Below, one piece after another: positions 38,601 to 47,600 of a stretch of 64,000 bases of DNA (position 1 is its first letter; every line of letters begins with the position of its first letter). The position numbers and the translations under genes are program-made. The notes under the pieces are model-generated. The model was not told where the DNA came from, searched no databases, and was given only the letters and a program-made list of their open reading frames with translations. The DNA is from Phoronis australis. Its lineage: Eukaryota > Animalia > Phoronida. The DNA is taken from positions 121,685-185,684 of the forward strand of contig NMRA01000228.1 of assembly GCA_002633005.1 (NCBI GenBank). The letters run 5' to 3'.

Positions 38601-41600
38601 AACAATGGGCATACAATTTGTCTCCTAGCTATTCACAGTCATCTGAGGTTTGTTCTTTTTCTTCACTTGCCAGTAAATTTGAGCAACTGGCCCTCGGAGT
38701 TCTGAACGAGTGCCATCAGAAGGACAAAGGCTTAACACAGCTGTTACTGGTACGTGAAATTGAGAGCCTAGGTAACACTACAGCTCTGGGGCTGGCTGAG
38801 AACGCTCACAGGATGGACTTTATGGAGCATGCCTCCTGCCAGGCCAAGATTAACACTGTGTGGAAGGGTAACATGGCTCTCTACACATCATACTGGAAGG
38901 TGAGCTTCATGCTTGTTGTCTTGGCATTTTGACCTGGGTCTTTATCTCCATCTGTTGGTCGTGTTGTCAGACATGCTATAGCAACCTGGACTGAAATGCA
39001 CTACAGATCTAGAGTTGGGAAATAAATTGCAAATAGATTGACAAACCTGCATACTTATACATTTCATCACTAGCAAGTTTTAATTTTACCTAAAATGCAT
39101 TCAGATCGTGAACGTTCCCTTTAAACAAGAATCCTAGACCAGGTGTAGCTTCCAATGTGAGTTAGTGATGCAGTTAATTAAATTGTACACCATGCTGGAA
39201 ACAAATTTCCATTGAATAGCTCAATGCTTGGATTTTTGTTGACAAAATCGTTATTACTTAACTAACTTTGAAAATTCAAGAGCCCCATACTCTCACTATG
39301 TGACCTAGTGAATAGAGTCACTCTTTTGATAACAATCCTCCTATGATTGTGAATGGAATGTGGTGGTCCAGTTGACTTGGTGACATTGGAGAAATTCAAA
39401 ATACTTCTCCAAATCGATCTTAATACCACAATATTAGCCACGAATGGCAGATACAACCGTGTAATAACCCATAAAGTTATCTCACTAGTGAGATAACATT
39501 TTGACGGGAAACCGAGGCCAGATTCTAACCCAGGCGTCAAGAGTTTTGAGTCGCCGTCTTTACCATTACACCACTCAGCGGCTGACGTCATCGAATGTGA
39601 AAATAGTAAATGAGCACGTGCAACAATCGCATGTTCAGCAAAGAGCATTGCACTGACATTTATACGCTATGAAAAATATGACGCCTAATTTCCATAAAAA
39701 TGATATTTTAATTCAGTGAAATTTTTTTCTCGTGTTCTCTCACTTGTAAATCACCGATCTCCAATTTGAATGCGGGTATCGTGTCGTCGGGATCCTTTGA
39801 CTTGAGCATTTTACTCAGTTACTATTGGTAACCTACTTTAGCAGACGATGATTTCCCGGTGGAAGTTTGGCGTGATAAAATGTGTAGTAAGCTATAATAG
39901 TTGCTAAACCTTAATTTATAGATTCACTTCATTTCTATTTTCTTTAAATTTCCAATTGGTTTTGAGTAAAAGGTTTGACAAAAATAGCTCGGCTTTTCTT
40001 AAAAGGTCACAACCTCCGACCCCGGGCCTCTGACATAGAAGGTAGTTACAAAGCCGAGGCGAGTCGAGAAAGGTAGATCGATTCATTGCAATGTTTCTCG
40101 TTTAGTATGTGGTATAAATAGATTATTACACGTTCTCAGTTGTTATCCCCCTTATCTAGAGCCCTCGTGGATTTTGGAGAATTATCACCCTCGGGGCTCT
40201 AGATAACGGGGGGATAACAACTTCGCCATGTAATAATCTATGTATATCTCGTTTTAAGGGGATGTTTACAGCATGTTAAAAAATATCTTATCCAGTTTTC
40301 GTTTAAGTATTACTTACTATCATTGTGCTTTTATTGGGTTAATGTCCGCTTTGTTGATATTGTGTGTTGTAGATTATTCTTGCTATGCTGATTCCATTGT
40401 TTGTGCCACTCATCAAGTATGTGCACACTAAGAGAGCTGGATACGAGGGAGATGAAATTGACTGTGATGAGCACGAGGAGTTGACCCGAGACGAACCTGG
40501 GCCTTCAAATGTTGATGGTGGTGAAGCGTCAAGTGATGTTAAATTCTCTGGTATGAAACAGAGAACCGTTAAAGGCCGCCTGAGACTGCATGCTGGTAGA
40601 AAGGGTGTAAAGAAGTTGCGTGAAGTTTCCTTGACTGGCCAGTCTGTGAACAAGATTGGATTGTGCGATGCTGTGCATTATTTCTATACAGCACCTGTTA
40701 CAAAGTTTATGTTCAACATTGTAAGTAGTTAATCAAGTGAGCAGTGGTCAGATAGCAGTGCATGTCGCAAACAGCTGTGCAATGAAACATGACACTTTAT
40801 CTAAATGTTAACAAATACTAATTAAAGTGTTATATATTTCTAGAAGATATGTTACTATCTTGGGTTACCAATTTGTGTATGTAGGAGTTTTCTTATGACA
40901 CACGCTCTTGTGTAGGCACACAATGCAGCAGCTGCCTGATATTTATTGCAATAGCGAAGAGATCATATATTATATAGAACATTAATTGAACATTTGTTCC
41001 TGGATCTTTGATCAGACACATCTGTCATCATCATAGGAGAAAAATTGAAAACAAATGGCCACAAAAACTTTTAAAAAAATTTAAAAAGTTGCTGAGATTT
41101 TTATCAGATACTACAGACTAGAGACCCAAGACTAAGAATACAATTTGAGGATGCGCTCTTGCTCTGATTGTCTTGTCTGTTCAGACTTCAGCTCTCAAAT
41201 TTTATTGACCAGTTCTAGGCGCACAATATTATGACAAACTTGGCTCTGCTAATTTTTCTTCCGTGATGACACTAAAAAGTGTTCTAGTATTGAAGCAACT
41301 GAAGATATCGATGCACTGACAGTCATCTAGACCATGTGTGCAAACTATTCGGGCTATGAACAACATGTTACATGACTTTAAGTAAGTTACAATTGGCTGA
41401 ATCCAGTATAGATTTCAATAGCATTAGGTAAGTGCAGTCTACTTAGATATACATCATTACATACTACCATATTTGTTGTGTTCCAGGTCTCTTACTTAAT
41501 ATTCCTTGGTATATTCAGCTACTTCCTGTTGATAGAGTTATGTCCCCTGTATGAAGTGAATGACGTCTGCCGCTATGGCTCTCCACCAGGATACCCATCA

Positions 41601-44600
41601 CTTATTGAGTATGTCACGTGGGCTTGGTGCTTTACACTCATCTGTGAAGAATGTCGACAGGTAATGCTCTCTGGAAGGAGATAGTTAATATTCATTTGGC
41701 CGTTTGGCTTTCTTTGATTTCCTCAATGTGAATTTGGTCATTTGAGCACTCCATTTATGTTACTTATGTTACTCGGCAAGCCTCCGGATTTTGACGAAAT
41801 TTCCAGGAGGTTTTGCCCATGTCATCAACCTGAGACTTGTGTAGGATTTGCTATTTCTGTAATTTTCCTGCATATTTCAGTGTTTGCGGCAAGTGTGTGA
41901 AGCTGTGTTGTGGATAGCCCCAAACTCCTTCAAAAACTGCTCCTGTTTTGGGATGAACAAGATTATTTGCTGCAAGCTTGCAACATGTTTGCAGCATATA
42001 TTTTGTTTTTTTGTACAGAATTAGCAGTGACTGCAAAGCATTAAAACACTGGCTGAAAGACTTGGTTGCATGGTACATTGTTGTCCTTGTCATGATGCTT
42101 GACAAAAGACTGGGAACACTTGTTTTGCATTTGGAAACCAGTGTTGTCGGGATAGAGTTAACATTAAACGAGAGGTGCATTTTTCATTATCTACCTTTTT
42201 GCTAAGCATCAGTCTGAATTTTTTTCTCAAATGCTTCATCTTAAGATGTTTATCGGACTCTTACTCCAGGTATTTATGATCGAGCAACCGATTCATCTTG
42301 GCATTGGTCATAAATGTCCGCTTTTGCACTGACCAGAGTTGTATAATTGCAGACGATTATCGTTTCATTTGTATGTCTTGTTTATTTGTGACTTTGCTTT
42401 TGCCTGAGTGTTGCAGGTTTTGATTAAACCATTTTAACATCTGCTTAGCAATGATTTATACTACTAAAAATAGCCAGATAAATTATAAAGCCTTTATGTA
42501 AGTCTCTAACTGGAATTTTTAGTGTTCGTGCTCACAAAATGTTTTGGTCTGCATCCTGTCTGCTATTAGTCAGTACATTTCCTTGTCTACTGATTTTCTC
42601 ATGAACTGCTCAACAGGTTTGAATGAAATTTGATATGTGGTGAAAATATGTCGACAATGATTGCTATTTGGTCAAATTTGATGCTCATGACTGTTTTTGT
42701 GTTCGCAACAAATTCCTTGCTTTGTCCGTCAATTCGTGGTATAATGACTTGATTGGTTGGTATGTAGCAGGAATGCTCCAGCTCAAGTCAATTTTGGCAC
42801 AGATTTGATAGCATTGCTTCAGGTTAGTGTGGGGTCGCTAGCGTGGCAAGGCCATGGATTTCAGGCTACCATGACATTGCCATGAGTTACACACTATTGA
42901 CCCAATCCCTCATTTCATCGCTGCACAATACAAATGAGAATTTGAATGCTTGAAAAGGTTACGAGGACTTTTTGATGGCCTTTGCTTACCAGTTATTACT
43001 GCTTTGACATTGTAATTCACAGACCATTTTACTTGCACTTGTTTAAATCCCAAGGCCTGTTCGCACTTAGCGATTTGCCTGCAGCAGAAGCAGCGAGCAT
43101 GACAAATTGCTAAATGCCATGATGGCAGTTGTAGACTTGACAGTTGAGCGACGCTTTGCTGCATCTTCAACAGTAGGTCCACATTAATTTTAGTGATTGG
43201 TCTGCTGTACAATGTAACTGCAACTCCCTGCAACTACGTATTGCAGAGAAATAACTAAGTGTGGACAGGCCTTTGAAATTTAATACTCGTTGCCATAAGT
43301 ATTTGTATCTGATATGAAATACACCCATGTTTTAAGAATGGTAGATGATTTAGTGCCCGGTCTCTGTAATTTTTCTTTCTCATTATGATAGGAACTATTC
43401 TTTATGCAGAAGATAGGAGTTATTACTCTCTCACAAAGAATAACTGTTGTGCCATAGATTTTCGTAACCCCATCTGGTATAGGTGCATTTGGCGTTGACT
43501 AGGAAATTTTCCTGTAAACTCACAAAGTTTGCCAAGACAGGACCTCACAGTTGTGCACCTATTGTTTAGCCACTGGTCCACTGAGCACTTACCTTCATAT
43601 AAATCGGCACAAGTCATTTCATGTTCATTGTAACAATTGATTGTTTTTCATTGGTTGCGTGAAATTTCACATCTTCCAGGTATTTGTCCGTGAACCCAGA
43701 AGTCTGAGGTACAAAATAAAGGACTGGTTTCATGATGTGTGGAACAAGTTTGACCTGGTTGTGTACACCATGTTCGTGCTGTCCATCATCTTAAGACTGA
43801 CACTGACCTCTGAAGGCTTCCTCTGGGCCCGCATTACGTATAGCCTCACTCTCGGATTGGGCTTTGTCAGATTCCTCCACATGTTCTTTGTTAATAAAAA
43901 CATCGGGCCGAAGGTCATCATGATTAGACGCATGGTAAAAATTTAATCATATTTTGCTCTATTTACTTTTAAAGGAAGTGTACTGTTGGTAGCACTTATC
44001 ACATCACTGATAATTAGAACCAGCTGTTTTCAGACTATTCTGTGTCTGCATGTTTTGTTGTCATTTCAACGATAAATCCATTATTCTTCTAAGCACCGAC
44101 CCACAAAACAGTCTGAAATTTTTCTTTTAGGTCACTGACCTGATGTTCTTCTTCCTAATCCTGGTGGTATTCATTCTCAACTATGGTGTCATGCAGCAGG
44201 CCTTACTGTTCCCTAACAGTGACCCCTCTTGGACCGTTCTGAGAAAAGTTGTAGAGCAGCCATACTGGGGTTTATATGGAGAACTCTTCTTTGAAACATT
44301 TGAAGGTATGACTTGAATTGACAGGTGACTATTGTGTTTGAAGATAGGTGTTTAAATGACAGTTGACTTAATGCAAACTTATTAATTTCCAATAATTCCC
44401 ATTCATTCAGGCAATATACAATTATTGACTTACATCGAGGTCTATGTGTTGGTTTTCAGACCCTAAAAATGTGATTATAACCGAGGCAGAGTTAAGGTCA
44501 TTATCACATTCCTTGGGTCTGAAAACCAACATATTGACCTGGTGTGAAAGTCAGTAACTGCTCTATTATGTAATTACAGCTGCTGAGGAGTTTGTGGTAG

Positions 44601-47600
44601 ATGGCTTTGTTTGGGTTTTTGTTCATATGTCCATCTCTCATTTGGTCAGTCAGCTACCATTTTTTACCCCAAAAAATTGTGGGTAGACGTTTCTGGTCTC
44701 GCACCTAGTTTTTAACTTGTTGCGTACAGGAACAATTATAACGAAAAATTTAATGTTGGACAGCCATTAGAGTGACAGAATGTATGACTAGGTAGACTAG
44801 CATTGTACTTCAAGTCGAGGGAATCTTTTGTAAATTTGCTTCAGGACATAGGCGGATTTAGGGGGGGGGCCCAGGGGGCCCGGGCCCCCCCCCTTGGCTG
44901 GCGCAAAAAAATAAAACAGCAAGAGCGTAGGGAAACGTTGAGTTTATTAATTTGCCCCGGTAATTAAAATTATGCAGATGAAAAAAGATTTAAATGTGTG
45001 CAGTTTTAGTGTTTGGGGGGGGGCTCAGATCCAATTTCAAGTGTCAAATTCGGAACACGGCGCATTCGTAACGGAACTATGGCTAAGTATAAGCTCTCCC
45101 GCGATATCCCAGGCGACCGGCAGTGGCGCTGCGCACTGCGACCCCGTTTCCATCGTCTGCTCCACTGTGCAATGGAGAAAATTTACTTCATTTTTAAAGA
45201 AAATGGAACCTGAGTGACGATGAAAAAACAGAAGCTGCTGGTAAGATGTGAATTTTAGTCGAAGCCTTAGTGAATCACTCAGAAACTCATTAATTCTCTC
45301 TTTGTCAAACCTTAACTTAAGACGATTTCCAAAGCAATCCCGTCATTATTGCCAACACGAAAANACAAAAAGACGTTGGTTTCGCGCGCAAACGCTGTGG
45401 ACCATAAACAAGTAGGTCTCTTAGTTTGAATGTGGTAGTGAAATCGTGGTGGTGTAGTGGCAAAGCACGCGCGTCCTATCAACCAGGTCGTGAGTTCGAG
45501 TCTGTGCAAGATGCAATTTTTCCTGTGTTTTTTTTTCCTTTTTTCTTGGATAATACATCAGAAATCAAGGAAAATGCTTGATTTTTAGAGGAAAAACAGA
45601 AAAATTTCCTCCCCCCATTCGGTGCTATGCGCATCTACAATCGTGGTTTGCGCAAATGCTTACAGCTGGACAAGATGTTGGGCCCCCCCCTTGTGATATC
45701 CTAGATCCGCCACTGTGCGCATCTACAATCGTGGTCCAGTTTGCGCAAATGCTTACAGCCGGACAAAATGTTGGCCCCCCCCTTGTGATATCCTAGATCC
45801 GCCACTGCAGGAGTTAGGAATTAGTCCAGACCTATTGCTTACTGGTAGCTGACGACACTGACTGTGTGAAATTCAACTTCATTAACAAAATGTTTGTACA
45901 CTTTATAGTTTTCATTACTATGATATTTTGTTGTCTAGTTAAACGTGTAAACTCTTTTTCTGTTTGCATAGGAACATTGCTTACCATAACAATGAGTCAC
46001 TCATTAGATATTCGAGATGGCCGAAGTCAATGAATGATAATCACAAAAAGTGATCTGCTGCATCATTTTTGTTGTCAATATACTCTGACAATTTATCCAT
46101 TGTGTTTAGTACCTGTTTGCCCTCATGTGAGATTCAACTTATTCAATACTAAATGGTGATTGCTTATCATTCTCTTTGAGTTTGAATTGCTTACAAGTGA
46201 GCTGGACCTGCTGACTATGGAAATGTGAACTATATTTCCAGGAAAAATGACTGATTGCACCAACAACAGGACACTGGCTCGTTTAACCAACACGGAAGTC
46301 TGCTCCCAGGAAGTGTTCATAGTGCCCTTGCTGTTGGCTGTCTATATGATCCTGACCAATGTCTTGCTGATAAATCTGTTGATAGCCATGTTCAGGTATT
46401 ATGAGCTCATTTGGCATCAAATCATCATGGCGTGTTTCACTAGCATTCAAAGTTGTTAGGTAACATTTTTATTTTTACCTCCATAGCCAATATTTTCGTG
46501 AGGCCAAATGAGATGCTTTGAATTTCTGTCACAATGTTGTGCCTATTCAATTACACAAAGTAAACGTCTGGGGTGTCATAAGTTTCTCCACAAAGCAGTT
46601 TACTATCAGAATGTATTGTGACTTTTACTCATCAAATCAGTGTAACTCCTCTCGTAGTTGGACAATTTTTTTCATTCAAAGTTGCTGAAATGTATTTCCT
46701 TTATACAAATGCCAAAACAACTTAGTCACGTCTGCGAAAGCGCAAATTTATAATTGGACATTGTGCTGTCACAACTACATCTGAGACATCTCCAGATATG
46801 GATCGGGCTCAAAATCTGAAGTGCTGACACCAGCCAAGGCTGATCGTTCCTGACTGTAGTGAAAACTTGGCTCTGGATAATGTTTGAATTTGTTGAGTAG
46901 GATGCAGTTTTTAAACTTAACTTAAATTGTAGACAGGAGTTGCCTGATAATTACAACCAAGCTAGCAAATCTTAACAGACAGTTTCTTGTCTTGTCATAG
47001 TTGGCTAGACGGCAGATTGTTGCTAGCCAGTAATTCAAAACTTTGTGTCCTGAGCTGTACTTTTGTAGATTTCTAGACGTTTGTCTGAATGCACTGACAT
47101 GCTGTCATGGTTACATGTATTCTTAATATTCGGACAATGGATCACACTTATCACACTTACAGCTGCCCTTTGGTCTGTTGTAGCTACACATTCCAGAAAG
47201 TTCAGGACAACTCTGAGAAAGTGTGGAGGTTCTATCGTTACTCACTCATTTCCGAGTACTTGGACCGGCCGGCCTTCGCTCCTCCATTGATCATCTTCAA
47301 TCATATCTTTCGTTTCATCATATTCTGTGCCAATCGATGCCATAAGAATGTAAACCTCTCAACACATCTAAGTACGTAGGCCACATTGGATCATCTTCCT
47401 GTTTGAAGAAATTCTATACTTTTTATACGCCCACATATTTATATGTGGTCGCATATTGCCGTCACCTCTGTTTGTTCGGCGTCTGCAGCTGTATCTCCTA
47501 AACGTTTTTGTGCCAACTAGTGGCCATTTTTATGACCAATAAACAACCCTAAAAGCACACCGTTTGCGATGCATTCGTGGGCGCATTTCAACGCTCCACG

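Noticed and set aside
39515-39580. tRNA-like sequences here and at 45447-45505
   Set aside because: A/B boxes only, with no complete cloverleaf; embedded in repeats, so not tRNA genes.
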